Source of the DNA: a bacterium
GTDB lineage: Bacteria; Patescibacteriota; Minisyncoccia; JACQLN01
NCBI GenBank assembly: GCA_030697795.1
Contig: JAUYOV010000004.1
Coordinates: 211,334-275,333 of the forward strand
DNA length: 64,000 nt
Direction: 5' to 3'
Of this stretch, positions 1-9,169 are shown piece after piece. Position numbers and translations under genes: made by a program. Within the stretch, counting starts at the first letter, position 1. Each line of letters opens with the position of its first letter. The notes below the pieces were generated by a model. The model was not told the origin of the DNA, did no database searches, and saw nothing but the letters and a program-made list of their open reading frames with translations.

Positions 1-1
1 C

Positions 2-703
2 AGTCTGTGGCGAAAATTACAGAAATACGATTTTGATTTAGAAAGAATGTACGACCTGGTGGCTCTTAGGGTTATAGTACCCGACATTGTTTCCTGCTAC
101 GAAACACTAGGAATACTTCATAAATATTGGCAACCGCTACCAAATAGAATTAAGGATTTCATTGCCTTGCCCAAACCCAATGGTTATCAATCGCTCCACA
201 CCACAGTTTTTTGCGAAGAAGGAAAAATAACAGAGTTTCAAATAAGAACCGACGAGATGAGTAAAAATGCTGATTATGGTATTGCAGCCCATTGGAGTTA
301 TAAAGAATCAAAAAGCCCGCTGGCTAAAAAATATTCTTGGTTAAAGCAACTGGCCGAATGGCAACAACAAAATTTAACCAGCGAAGATTTTTGGGAAAAT
401 GCCAAAATAGACTTCTTTAAAGACCGTATATTTTTATATACGCCCAAAGGCGATGTTATAGAACTACCCGAAGAAGCCACGCCCCTAGATTTTGCTTATG
501 CGGTGCACAGTGATATTGGCGACAAATGTATTCAAGCTAAAGTAAACGGAAAAATTATGGCTATAACTCATTCGTTAAATGATGGCGATATTGTAGAAAT
601 TGTAACCGCAAAAAACCAGCGCCCTTCGCGCGACTGGTTAAAGTTTATAAAAACTTCAAAGGCGAGAACAAAGATAAAGGAAAGGTTACGATTAGTTAGT
701 TAA
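2..703 (+). CDS. RelA/SpoT-family (p)ppGpp synthetase, C-terminal part, truncated at the 5-prime end by the window edge; synthetase core (YQSLHTTV..GIAAHW) plus TGS domain
   Basis: Reading frame is open from position 2. Motifs YQSLHTTVF, EFQIRT and GIAAHWSYKE match the RelA/SpoT synthetase domain. The TGS-like segment IFLYTPKGDVIELPEEATPLDFAY follows. The gene stops soon after TGS, so the usual C-terminal regulatory domains are absent. Confidence 0.8.
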   Translation, partial: SLWRKLQKYDFDLERMYDLVALRVIVPDIVSCYETLGILHKYWQPLPNRIKDFIALPKPNGYQSLHTTVFCEEGKITEFQIRTDEMSKNADYGIAAHWSYKESKSPLAKKYSWLKQLAEWQQQNLTSEDFWENAKIDFFKDRIFLYTPKGDVIELPEEATPLDFAYAVHSDIGDKCIQAKVNGKIMAITHSLNDGDIVEIVTAKNQRPSRDWLKFIKTSKARTKIKERLRLVS

Positions 704-949
704 TCAATCAGAATGTTTTAAAATGTTCAAAACCAGATAAACATCTTTTTGGATCTGAAAAAAGAACCTATAGTTATCGTCTACTCTTGCCTGCCAAACG
801 TCCCCTAATTCTTCTCGCTTTTTAGATCGTAATGACGGATATCTTATATCTCTAAGAAGGAAAGATAACTGTTTTTTGAATTTTCTTTTTATCTCTGGAG
901 GTAACTTCTCTAAATTTTTATCAAATTGCTCAGCAAACCGAACCTTCAT
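704..949 (-). CDS. RelE/ParE-family type II toxin
   Basis: 81 aa basic protein with a RelE/ParE-like C-terminal pattern. Its start overlaps the stop of the upstream RHH gene by 4 nt, a typical antitoxin-toxin coupling. Confidence 0.5.
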   Translation of the reverse strand: MKVRFAEQFDKNLEKLPPEIKRKFKKQLSFLLRDIRYPSLRSKKREELGDVWQARVDDNYRFFFQIQKDVYLVLNILKHSD

Positions 950-1203
950 AAGCGGCTAAGATATTTCATCGCCTCTCTACTATTAGTAAAAGCTTTTGAA
1001 ACTCGCCCTTCTTTGATATCTTTTAATCCCTCGGCTACGGCCTTTTTTTCTCGTTTTAAAAGTAGTTCTTCTTTAAGTAAATTTTTTCTAACAAGATCGC
1101 GAAAATACTCCGATTTAGAAGCATAACGACCGCTTTTTACCTTTTTCTCTATTTCTAAATTAAGTTCTCTTGGTAACGATATAGAGACAATTACTCTAGG
1201 CAT
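946..1203 (-). CDS. Ribbon-helix-helix (CopG/ParD-like) antitoxin
   Basis: 85 aa. The N-terminus MPRVIVSISLPRELNLEIEKKVKSGRYASKSEYFRDLVR has an RHH-like beta-strand/helix pattern. Translationally coupled to the downstream toxin. Confidence 0.5.
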   Translation of the reverse strand: MPRVIVSISLPRELNLEIEKKVKSGRYASKSEYFRDLVRKNLLKEELLLKREKKAVAEGLKDIKEGRVSKAFTNSREAMKYLSRL

Positions 1204-1275
1204 ATTTTTATAAATTTATCTGTATTACATTGTAATACAGATAGCGTATACCGAGCACATATTAAAATCAACGGG

Positions 1276-2199
1276 TTATAACTGGTTAGTTAATTTTTTA
1301 ATTAGCCTGTCTAGATCCTCTTGAGAATAAAAACTAATAGCGAGCTTGCCCTTTTCGCGGCTACCCGAAAAAGAAACGGGCGTGCCTAAGGTATCTTGGA
1401 TTGTTTTTTTATAATTTTCTAGTTCAGGGTCACTGACTCTTGCGGTTTTGGCTTTATAAGATTCATCTTGGCGAACAATATCTTCTAATTCGCGCACCGA
1501 TAAAGTTTTTTTAATAATTTCGTCGGTTAAAAATATCTGGCGTTCAGAATTTTTAATAGCGAGCAGTACTTTAGCGTGGCCTTCGCTTATTTTCCCATCG
1601 GAAATGCTTCGCTGAACTTCGTAGGGTAAATCTAAAAGCCTAACTCTGTTGGCTATAACCTCGCGGCTTTTGCCAACTTTTTGCGCTACTTGCATTTGAG
1701 TTAACTTAAATTCGGTCATCAAACGTTCGTAAGCCAAAGCTTCTTCTATGGCGTTTAGGTTTTGACGCTGAACATTTTCTATTAAAGCTATTTCTAACCT
1801 TGTAGCATTGTCGGGATTTTTAATGATTACCGGAACTTGTCGAAGCCCCGCAATACCCGCAGCCCTTAAGCGGCGTTCGCCTGCTATTAACTGATATTCC
1901 ACCCTAGTGCCGCTAGAAACAGCCAGCTCAACTTTAGAAACCAGAAGCGGCTGAAGCATGCCGTATTGCTTCATAGAATCGGCCAGGCTGTTAAGTTCGG
2001 TTTCGTTAAATTCTTTTCTGGGCTGGTAAGGATTTGGTTTTATTTTTTCGAGTTCAATATAAAAAACACTTTCTTGCCTGGCGGTGGTGACCACGCTTTT
2101 TGCTGGAACAGAAAAATTAGTTTGTTCTTTGGGAGAAGAAACTTCTTCACCATTCTTTTTTTGAGGAATCAATGATTCCAAGCCTCTACCTAGGGCCAT
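1276..2199 (-). CDS. parB: ParB/Spo0J partition protein
   Basis: ParB box LIAGERRLRAA, HTH region and C-terminal dimerisation region. Adjacent to parA. Confidence 0.85.
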   Translation of the reverse strand: MALGRGLESLIPQKKNGEEVSSPKEQTNFSVPAKSVVTTARQESVFYIELEKIKPNPYQPRKEFNETELNSLADSMKQYGMLQPLLVSKVELAVSSGTRVEYQLIAGERRLRAAGIAGLRQVPVIIKNPDNATRLEIALIENVQRQNLNAIEEALAYERLMTEFKLTQMQVAQKVGKSREVIANRVRLLDLPYEVQRSISDGKISEGHAKVLLAIKNSERQIFLTDEIIKKTLSVRELEDIVRQDESYKAKTARVSDPELENYKKTIQDTLGTPVSFSGSREKGKLAISFYSQEDLDRLIKKLTNQL

Positions 2200-2210
2200 A
2201 TTTTTTTAAA

Positions 2211-3200
2211 TTAAATTTGATTAGTATTTTCTTCTAAAGAAACTTCTGAACTATTTTCTATATTCACTGAAGCTAACGTAGTAACAATTTCTGTATCAAC
2301 AAACTCGTTACTTGCTATAGTCGCCACGACACCACTTTCTGGTTCTAAATTATTAATACTTTCTGTATTTGATATATTTTCTTCAATAGCAGTTTCAGCA
2401 ACGGCTTCTGTGGCAACAGATACTTCTGGCGCACCAACATTCTCTAAACCTAATATTTCTTCGGCTAACTGTCTATATGCTTTGCCCCCTTTGGAATAAA
2501 GATCATATTGTAAAATTGTTTTGCCAAAAGAAGGCGCTTCGGCCAAAGACACACAACGCGGTATAACAGAATTAAAAACTCGCCCCGGAAAATTTCTGTT
2601 CATTTCTTTGACCACATCACGGTTTAACCTGTTGCGCTTATCGTACATGGTTAAGACCGCACCCAACACATTAATATTATGCCCCAGATTATCGCGAATT
2701 AATTCTATAGTTTTTAAAAGATGCCCAATGCCTTCCAAAGCGTAATATTCGCATTGTACAGGAATAACAACGTAATCGGAAGCAACTAAACCATTTATGG
2801 TAAGTAGGCCAAGTGATGGTGGTGAATCAATTAAAACATAATCGTAATTTGTGGAAACTCGGCCTAAGGCTTCGCGCAAACGAAACTCTCTGTTAGGTTG
2901 AGTTACTAATTCTATGCCCGCGCCGGCTAAATTTGTATTGGACGGCAAAAGATCCAAACCCATTACACCGGTTTTTCTTATGGCTTCTTCGGGTAATAAG
3001 CCATTAGTTAAAACATGATACAAATTCCATTCTATTTGATATGGATCCACGCCCAGACCAGAAGTTGTATTAGCTTGTGGGTCTAAATCCACCACCAAAA
3101 CAGACTTGCCATGCGCTGCCAAAAAAGCGCCTACGTTTATAACGCTGGTTGATTTCCCTACACCGCCTTTTTGGTTAACAAAAGAAATGGTTCTAGACAC
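2211..3200 (-). CDS. parA: ParA/Soj partition ATPase with acidic low-complexity C-terminal tail
   Basis: Deviant Walker A KGGVGKST at the N-terminus. ParA-family length plus an extension of about 70 aa. Confidence 0.85.
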   Translation of the reverse strand: MSRTISFVNQKGGVGKSTSVINVGAFLAAHGKSVLVVDLDPQANTTSGLGVDPYQIEWNLYHVLTNGLLPEEAIRKTGVMGLDLLPSNTNLAGAGIELVTQPNREFRLREALGRVSTNYDYVLIDSPPSLGLLTINGLVASDYVVIPVQCEYYALEGIGHLLKTIELIRDNLGHNINVLGAVLTMYDKRNRLNRDVVKEMNRNFPGRVFNSVIPRCVSLAEAPSFGKTILQYDLYSKGGKAYRQLAEEILGLENVGAPEVSVATEAVAETAIEENISNTESINNLEPESGVVATIASNEFVDTEIVTTLASVNIENSSEVSLEENTNQI

Positions 3201-3367
3201 AAAATTACTTAGTTACTTAATTAGGTATTACTTATTTTACCTTAAGAAATCTTCATTGACAATGAAGCGTTTTTACTAGAAAATACCTAAATATTGGGCG
3301 ACCCGCCAAAGGCGGGTAAAGTGGCAGATTTAGTCGCCTTTGGCGACCGCACAAGACTCAAAATCAA

Positions 3368-3604
3368 ATGATATCTGTTTATGTAATTAGAAGTAAAAAT
3401 AAAAACTTTCGATATGTTGGCATAACAAATAACATAAATGAGAGATTGGAAAGACATAATACAGGCAAAAACAAATCGACAAGAAATTATGCTCCTTTTG
3501 TACTGACCTATTCAGAAAAATATAAAGACTATAAAGAAGCAAGGATGAGAGAAAAATTTTTAAAAAGCGGAGTTGGAAGAAAATTTTTAGATAGTTTACA
3601 ATAA
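3368..3604 (+). CDS. GIY-YIG domain protein (UPF0213-like small nuclease)
   Basis: ISVYVIRSKN..FRYVGITNNINERLERHN matches the GIY-YIG signature. 78 aa. Ends 8 nt before the tRNA-Leu gene. Confidence 0.6.
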   Translation: MISVYVIRSKNKNFRYVGITNNINERLERHNTGKNKSTRNYAPFVLTYSEKYKDYKEARMREKFLKSGVGRKFLDSLQ

Positions 3605-3612
3605 ATAACCAT

Positions 3613-3699
3613 GCCCAGGTGGCGGAATTGGCAGACGCACAGGACTCAAAATCCTGCGATGGCAACATCATGAGGGTTCGACCCCCTTCCTGGGCACCA
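3613..3699 (+). tRNA. tRNA-Leu (anticodon CAA)
   Basis: Cloverleaf: 7-bp acceptor stem GCCCAGG/CCTGGGC; anticodon stem CAGGA/TCCTG with loop CTCAAAA, giving anticodon CAA; long variable arm typical of tRNA-Leu; T-loop TTCGACC; discriminator A; CCA is encoded. Confidence 0.85.
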
Positions 3700-3747
3700 C
3701 ATAAAAACAGGCGTCTAACTTGTCTGTTTTTAATTTTAATAAAATCT

Positions 3748-4137
3748 CTAATTAAACTTTATAGAAAAACCATACATCCCCATAGCGCAAGTTCCGTTTA
3801 TAACCGAACCGATCTTTTGGGGTGGCACTTCAATTTCGGTTGTACCCGATGGAGCTAAATTGGCTCTGTAGTTTAAACTTGGAATAACTAAAGCCGAAGT
3901 GCAATCAAAAGTGCCTTGTGTTTTTACTTTAATAACCGTGGGTATATCGGCTTTAGCTAAAATTTTTCGAGGCGTATAACCGCCCTTGGCTTTGATTGCT
4001 ATAATCTGTTTGCCGTCTATAATTTCTGAAACAGCTACGCTATCCACCGCACCGCTAGAATTTCTATTATTGGCAAAAAATATGGTGGCAAAAATAATAC
4101 CGGTCGAAACCACGATGGAAATAATTGTTAACTTCAT
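3748..4137 (-). CDS. Small secreted or membrane-anchored protein, putative metal-binding (CAMGM Cys/Met motif), co-operonic with cop genes
   Basis: N-terminal hydrophobic anchor and beta-rich sequence. Lies directly downstream of the HMA/CopA genes. Family is not recognised with confidence. Confidence 0.3.
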   Translation of the reverse strand: MKLTIISIVVSTGIIFATIFFANNRNSSGAVDSVAVSEIIDGKQIIAIKAKGGYTPRKILAKADIPTVIKVKTQGTFDCTSALVIPSLNYRANLAPSGTTEIEVPPQKIGSVINGTCAMGMYGFSIKFN

Positions 4138-4148
4138 AATCTTTGTTT

Positions 4149-5168
4149 CTAAAAATTAAATACTGGATTTAATAACCCTACTGCGACCAAACTATTAATT
4201 AAATTAAAAATTCCAAAAAATATTACCACCAAACCCGCCGCTTTAAAAAATATTCCTGATTGCGCTTTTTTGTGGATGCCGAGCGAACTAAAACTTAAAA
4301 GCAAAAGCACGGGCAATGTGCCAAGCGCAAACACACCCATAATTAGCGAACCTGCTAAAAAATTTCCGGTAGTTAGTGTATAAATCTGCATAGATTGAGT
4401 GAAACCGCACGGCAAGAAAAAGGTGGCAACGCCTACCAAAAGAGGCGTAAGCGTATGGTTTACACTTTTGAGGCCATGCACCCGCTTCCCAATAAAATTA
4501 GGTATAGTTGGTTGTAATTTTTTGGCCCAAGGGAACACATCCAGAAGATTAATGCCGAGCACAAGAAGCACTAAAGCCACTATAAAACTAAGAACGAATG
4601 TGACGGTTGATCCAAGCTGAAAAGCCGAGCCAAGCAGGCCGATAGCACCACCCAGAATAAAAAACGATACTAACCGTCCTATATGAAACAACACCTGCGG
4701 ACGAATCTTATCTCCTTCTTTGGCAAAGTTTGCGGACATAGAAAGAACTAGTCCACCGACAACTGCCATACACGTAGAAACAGAGGCTATCAGACCAATA
4801 ATAAAAGCCGTGCCCAAGCCAACTTCCGAACTGTTAACCAAATTTACTAAGCCAATCTTTTGTAAAAAAATAAAAAGCAAAATAAAACCTAAAGCTATTG
4901 GACCCGCCATTAAAAAATCTTTCCATTTAACTGAATGTTTTTGTTTTTCCAGAGAAAGTATATAACCGTGCGGTTTTAAGACTTCGTTTAAATCTCTCGC
5001 GATGTGTTCGGGTTCTTTATCACCAAAATCACCAGTCACTTCTATAGTATGATTTGTAAGCGATGACTTTGCTTTTGACACCTCGGTCATATTAGCAAGT
5101 TCGCTTTCTGTGAGCGCCACGCAGGCGTTGCAGTGCATACCGTTAACGTGAAATATGTATGTTTTCAT
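4149..5168 (-). CDS. HMA-domain (GMHCNAC) fused to a DsbD_2/CcdA-like polytopic membrane protein
   Basis: The N-terminal heavy-metal-associated motif GMHCNAC is followed by about 6 TM helices. These carry two membrane-embedded Cys residues (STCMA and FLPCGF), typical of the DsbD_2 family. Confidence 0.5.
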   Translation of the reverse strand: MKTYIFHVNGMHCNACVALTESELANMTEVSKAKSSLTNHTIEVTGDFGDKEPEHIARDLNEVLKPHGYILSLEKQKHSVKWKDFLMAGPIALGFILLFIFLQKIGLVNLVNSSEVGLGTAFIIGLIASVSTCMAVVGGLVLSMSANFAKEGDKIRPQVLFHIGRLVSFFILGGAIGLLGSAFQLGSTVTFVLSFIVALVLLVLGINLLDVFPWAKKLQPTIPNFIGKRVHGLKSVNHTLTPLLVGVATFFLPCGFTQSMQIYTLTTGNFLAGSLIMGVFALGTLPVLLLLSFSSLGIHKKAQSGIFFKAAGLVVIFFGIFNLINSLVAVGLLNPVFNF

Positions 5169-5215
5169 ATTACTTGTAGTGAGTCTGTTGAACTATTTAT
5201 AGTGAGCCCGTCGAA

Positions 5216-7513
5216 CTATAATTTCTTTGTTTTAATCCTCAAAGAATTTGCTACCACCGAAACACTAGAAGCCGCCATAGCAAAACCAGCAAACACTGGG
5301 CTTAAAAGCCAACCCAAAAATGGATAAAATGCGCCCGCCGCCAGAGGTATGCCAACAATGTTATAAATAAACGCCCAGAAAAGATTCTGCTTAATACCGC
5401 GCATTGTTGTTTTAGAGAGCGTTATCGCTTTAACCAGTTTTGAAATATCTCCGTGCAGTAAAGTTATACCAGCCGATTCTATAGCTACATCTGTACCCGT
5501 AGCCATAGCTATACCAATATCGGCTTGAGCCAAAGCTGGAGCATCATTTACACCATCGCCCGCCATAACAACAATCTTACCTTGCGATTGAAGTTCTTTA
5601 ATCTTTTTAAGTTTATCTTCGGGCATAACTTCGGCCACAACTTCATCTATACCAACTTCTTTAGCAATATACAAAGCAGTCTGTTTATTATCGCCTGTTA
5701 GCATAACCACTTTAATACCTAATTTATGCAAACGTTTAACGGCTTCGGCTGATTCTGGTTTTACCGCATCGGCTATCATAACCACACCTAAAACTTTTTC
5801 TTTGGCTGCAATTATTACAGGAGTTTTGCCGTTAGCCGTATCTTTTTCCATCAAGCTAGAATCAAATTGAATATTTAGATCGCGCATAAGTTTAATGTTG
5901 CCAGCATAATATTCTGTATTATTTATTAAACCTTTAACACCTTTACCTTTTATAGCTTCGAAATTATTTATTTGAGCAAAAGAAATATTTTTTTCTTTAG
6001 CATAATTAATAACTGCGTAAGCTATGGGATGCTCGGAATTTTTTTCTAGCGAGGCCAAAATAGAAATTAATTCTTCGTCTTTTTTTTCTGAAAAATTTTT
6101 AACAGAAACTAGCTCCGGCTTGCCTTTGGTTAGAGTTCCCGTTTTATCTACCACCACCACATTAGCTTTATGTAACTTTTCTAGCGTAGCCGCATCTTTT
6201 ACCAAAATACCTTCTTTGGCGCCCTTACCCACGCCGACTATAATCGCGGTGGGCGTAGCCAAACCAAGCGCGCAAGGGCAAGCAATAACCAAAATACCCA
6301 CAAAAGAAACCAGGCCAAATGAAAGCGCTTGCGAAAAATCCATATAACGAGCGCCGACTATAAGCCATAAACCTAAAACCACGAACGATAAAACTAAAAC
6401 CACCGGCACAAAAACAGCAGAAATTTTATCGGCTAAAGCCTGTATCGGCGCTTTACTGCCTTGAGCCTCCTCAACCATTTTAATTATATGCGCCAACATA
6501 GTCTCGGAACCTACTTTAGTGGCCTTAAAAGTAAAAGCACCGCTAGTGTTTATAGTTCCGGCCACAACATTTTCTCCAACGTCTTTTTTAACCGGAATAG
6601 GTTCGCCCGTAATCATAGATTCATCCACGTAAGAAGCTCCTTCGGTTATTACCCCATCAACTGGAATTTTGCCGGCGGGTTTAATCAAAATTAAATCGCC
6701 GTGAATAACTTCGCTTATTGGAATTTCTTGTTCGTGGCCATTTCGAACAACTAAGGCGGTTTTCGCCTGCATATTAATAAGTTTTTCTATGGCATCACCT
6801 GTTTTTATTTTAGAACGCGCTTCTAAATATTTTCCCAGAGTGATAAAAGTGATAACGACTATTGTAACATCATAATATGTATCTTCTGTGTTTATGAAAG
6901 TAGCCAAAACATCTTTAAAAATAGTAATGATTAAGCTATAGGCAAAGGCCACAAAAGTACCGATACCAATAAGCGTATCCATATTAGCTTTGCCATAGCG
7001 CAGAAAACGATAAAAACCCATTAAATAGGGTTGGCCGATATAAAACAAAGTATAGGCCGCTATTAAAGGCAGTAAATTTTGAAAAACATTTTCTACTGCA
7101 TTAGGAATTTCGGAAGCTACACCTAACTTAGAAAAAATTCCCCAAACCATAAAAATAGCGCTAACAATAGCCAAAGGAACTGCTGTTATTAACTTTTTTT
7201 TCATATTAGACAGTTCAGCTAGTTTTTCTTTTTTGCTTTGGTTCAAACCTAGATGTTCAGCGTGTTCGCTTTCCGACATATTCATTTCTTTAGCTGTTGG
7301 CTGAGGTAATGCCAAAGAATAACCTAATGGTTCTATTTTTTTAGAAATGGTTTCTAGGTTTGTTTTAGATTCATCAAAAGAAACTTTGGCCGTTTCTGTT
7401 CCATAGTTAACCTCTACCGATTCCACGCCCTCAACTTTTTTAAATATTTTTTCTATAATGGCCGCGCAGGAAGCACAATGCATCCCCTTGATTCTAGATG
7501 TTTTGGTTATCAT
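5216..7513 (-). CDS. copA: Cu(I)-translocating P1B-type ATPase
   Basis: N-terminal HMA GMHCASC; TM CPC motif CPCALGLATP; phosphorylation site DKTGTLT; hinge GDGVNDAPAL. Confidence 0.9.
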   Translation of the reverse strand: MITKTSRIKGMHCASCAAIIEKIFKKVEGVESVEVNYGTETAKVSFDESKTNLETISKKIEPLGYSLALPQPTAKEMNMSESEHAEHLGLNQSKKEKLAELSNMKKKLITAVPLAIVSAIFMVWGIFSKLGVASEIPNAVENVFQNLLPLIAAYTLFYIGQPYLMGFYRFLRYGKANMDTLIGIGTFVAFAYSLIITIFKDVLATFINTEDTYYDVTIVVITFITLGKYLEARSKIKTGDAIEKLINMQAKTALVVRNGHEQEIPISEVIHGDLILIKPAGKIPVDGVITEGASYVDESMITGEPIPVKKDVGENVVAGTINTSGAFTFKATKVGSETMLAHIIKMVEEAQGSKAPIQALADKISAVFVPVVLVLSFVVLGLWLIVGARYMDFSQALSFGLVSFVGILVIACPCALGLATPTAIIVGVGKGAKEGILVKDAATLEKLHKANVVVVDKTGTLTKGKPELVSVKNFSEKKDEELISILASLEKNSEHPIAYAVINYAKEKNISFAQINNFEAIKGKGVKGLINNTEYYAGNIKLMRDLNIQFDSSLMEKDTANGKTPVIIAAKEKVLGVVMIADAVKPESAEAVKRLHKLGIKVVMLTGDNKQTALYIAKEVGIDEVVAEVMPEDKLKKIKELQSQGKIVVMAGDGVNDAPALAQADIGIAMATGTDVAIESAGITLLHGDISKLVKAITLSKTTMRGIKQNLFWAFIYNIVGIPLAAGAFYPFLGWLLSPVFAGFAMAASSVSVVANSLRIKTKKL

Positions 7514-7514
7514 T

Positions 7515-7778
7515 TTATTTTCGCTTAAGCTTATAAACTTTCAATATCTCCTTTTTGGCTTTATTGTTTTCGCCGGAAGATACCTGTTTTAATACACAGC
7601 TATCCAAATGATTTTCCAAAAGAAGATCTTCGGCATTAGATAGCCCTTGTTTAACGGCCGAAGTTTGAGTAATAACATCTATGCAATAAACATCCTTTTT
7701 AACCATTTCTTGTAAACCTCTAACTTGCCCTTCTATTATTTTTAAGCGATGAATTATTTTATTCTTTGTTGGACTCAT
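7515..7778 (-). CDS. csoR: CsoR/RcnR-family copper-sensing repressor
   Basis: 87 aa four-helix protein with the C...H...C ligand pattern (YCIDV ... HLDSC). Overlaps the copA start. Confidence 0.8.
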   Translation of the reverse strand: MSPTKNKIIHRLKIIEGQVRGLQEMVKKDVYCIDVITQTSAVKQGLSNAEDLLLENHLDSCVLKQVSSGENNKAKKEILKVYKLKRK

Positions 7779-7793
7779 AATGTTTTTAAGTAT

Positions 7794-7810
7794 ATACCCC
7801 TAGGGGGTAT
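7794..7810. promoter_or_regulatory. Putative CsoR operator: GC-rich palindrome ATACCCCTAGGGGGTAT upstream of csoR-copA
   Basis: Perfect 17-bp palindrome 16 bp upstream of the csoR start. Recalled from memory, not checked here: the known CsoR site has the form TACCC-N-GGGTA. Confidence 0.5.
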
Positions 7811-7900
7811 TGGTCAACCCTTCAGTTAAAAATCTCCCCGATATCAATCAAGGAGATTTGTTTTTATCCCGCACCTTTTTTGTTAAAAAGGTGCGGGATT

Positions 7901-8500
7901 TTATTTTTGCGAGGGGAAAAATCTTTCTACATAACCCCATAAACTCAAGAAAGCAAGAACAGCGGAGCTAAACAGAAAAAAGAGAAACATATAATCAAAA
8001 AATGTTTTGCCTAAAACTGGCACAAAGTAACTATCGACAAAAAATAAACCGGCTACAAAAAAATACAAACACATTTTTCTCTTGCCCCAAACGTGAGCGC
8101 TTACATCCAAGTTTCTGCTTACACCAAAAATCCAAGTGCTTATTAAACCCGCTTCAAATACAAGTATGGCTATCAAAAAAGCCGAAGCCCAAACCGAAAC
8201 CGTACCTGACTCATTTATAAGTTGATTTAATTTAAACCCAAAAAGCGTGCAGGCAAAAAGTTTATCCCTAGCCCTATCTAGAGATTTTCCTAGTGTAGAA
8301 ACAATTTTAAAGCTCCGGGCTATTTTACCATCTAGCAAATCCGAAATGCCTATAAACACAACCATAAAAATCATGATCCCGCCTGAATAACCCTTAAACA
8401 AGAGCGTGATAAAAAGTATTACAGCAATTACGCCGATCCCTGTTACCATGTTGGCCAAATTATTCTTCATTTCTCTCCCCCTTTGTGATGAGTTAATCAC
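7901..8500 (-). CDS. CDP-alcohol phosphatidyltransferase family membrane protein
   Basis: Signature DLLDGKIARSFKIVSTLGKSLDRARD (D-G-x2-A-R...G-x3-D-x3-D) in a polytopic membrane protein. Confidence 0.65.
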   Translation of the reverse strand: MINSSQRGREMKNNLANMVTGIGVIAVILFITLLFKGYSGGIMIFMVVFIGISDLLDGKIARSFKIVSTLGKSLDRARDKLFACTLFGFKLNQLINESGTVSVWASAFLIAILVFEAGLISTWIFGVSRNLDVSAHVWGKRKMCLYFFVAGLFFVDSYFVPVLGKTFFDYMFLFFLFSSAVLAFLSLWGYVERFFPSQK

Positions 8501-8623
8501 ACCATCTTTTTAAAGAACGGAAAAGCCAACATATAGTAATACATTGGCTTAAAATAGGCAAAGGCAAGCGCAAGCTAATGGTCACAAATTTATGCTATAG
8601 CATTTTTTAGTGACTATAAAATA

Positions 8624-9169
8624 TTATTTACCAAACCTATTTTTAGTAAGTTCAAAAATAATATAACTTACAACAGCACCTACTGCCCAACCAGCAACAA
8701 TATCGCTCGGCCAGTGAACCCCGGCTGCTACTCTAGCCACACCTATTAAAATAGCCGAAATAAAAAGAAACAAACTAAGTTTGGGTTGCTTAACTAAGAA
8801 AAAATAAACAGCCAGCGCCATAAAAAAAGTGGCGTGGCCCGAAGGAAAAGAAGCTTCTAATGGGTTTTGATTTATAAGAGCATCCAAACCGCCAAAGACA
8901 AACGGCCTTTCACGTGGATAAAAATAACGGATTAGCGAGGTTACACCGAATCTAGCGACTAAAGCCGAAAAAAGAGCAATGCCGGTATGAACTGCTCTAA
9001 TTTTTAAATCGGATTTTCTAAACTTGGGAGTCCACAAATAAAAAAGCAAAACCGCCACCACCACAAACTCCCAATAGGCCGCAAAAAGAATTATGAGCGT
9101 ATCGGTCCAAACATCCTTAAAAGATAAATTATAAATTGAAGCGAAAAAAATATTATCCATTAAAAACAA
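8624..9169 (-). CDS. PAP2-family phosphatase (undecaprenyl-diphosphatase / PgpB-like)
   Basis: PAP2 motifs PSGHA and GVHWPSD within a 6-TM protein. Confidence 0.7.
   Translation of the reverse strand: MFLMDNIFFASIYNLSFKDVWTDTLIILFAAYWEFVVVAVLLFYLWTPKFRKSDLKIRAVHTGIALFSALVARFGVTSLIRYFYPRERPFVFGGLDALINQNPLEASFPSGHATFFMALAVYFFLVKQPKLSLFLFISAILIGVARVAAGVHWPSDIVAGWAVGAVVSYIIFELTKNRFGK

Noticed and set aside
1276-3200. Replication origin next to parAB
   Set aside because: No dnaA, dnaN or gidAB nearby and no obvious DnaA-box cluster in the flanking intergenic regions, so parAB alone does not place oriC here.
3387-3671. 94-aa minus-strand ORF
   Set aside because: Antisense to the GIY-YIG gene and overlapping the tRNA-Leu gene; low-complexity hydrophobic translation. 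Spurious.
6024-6694. Plus-strand ORFs inside copA; similarly 1966-2175, 2521-2745, 36066-36315, 57136-57865 and others inside long minus-strand genes
   Set aside because: They lie antisense within well-supported conserved genes and have low-complexity translations and no RBS, as expected for AT-rich antisense frames.
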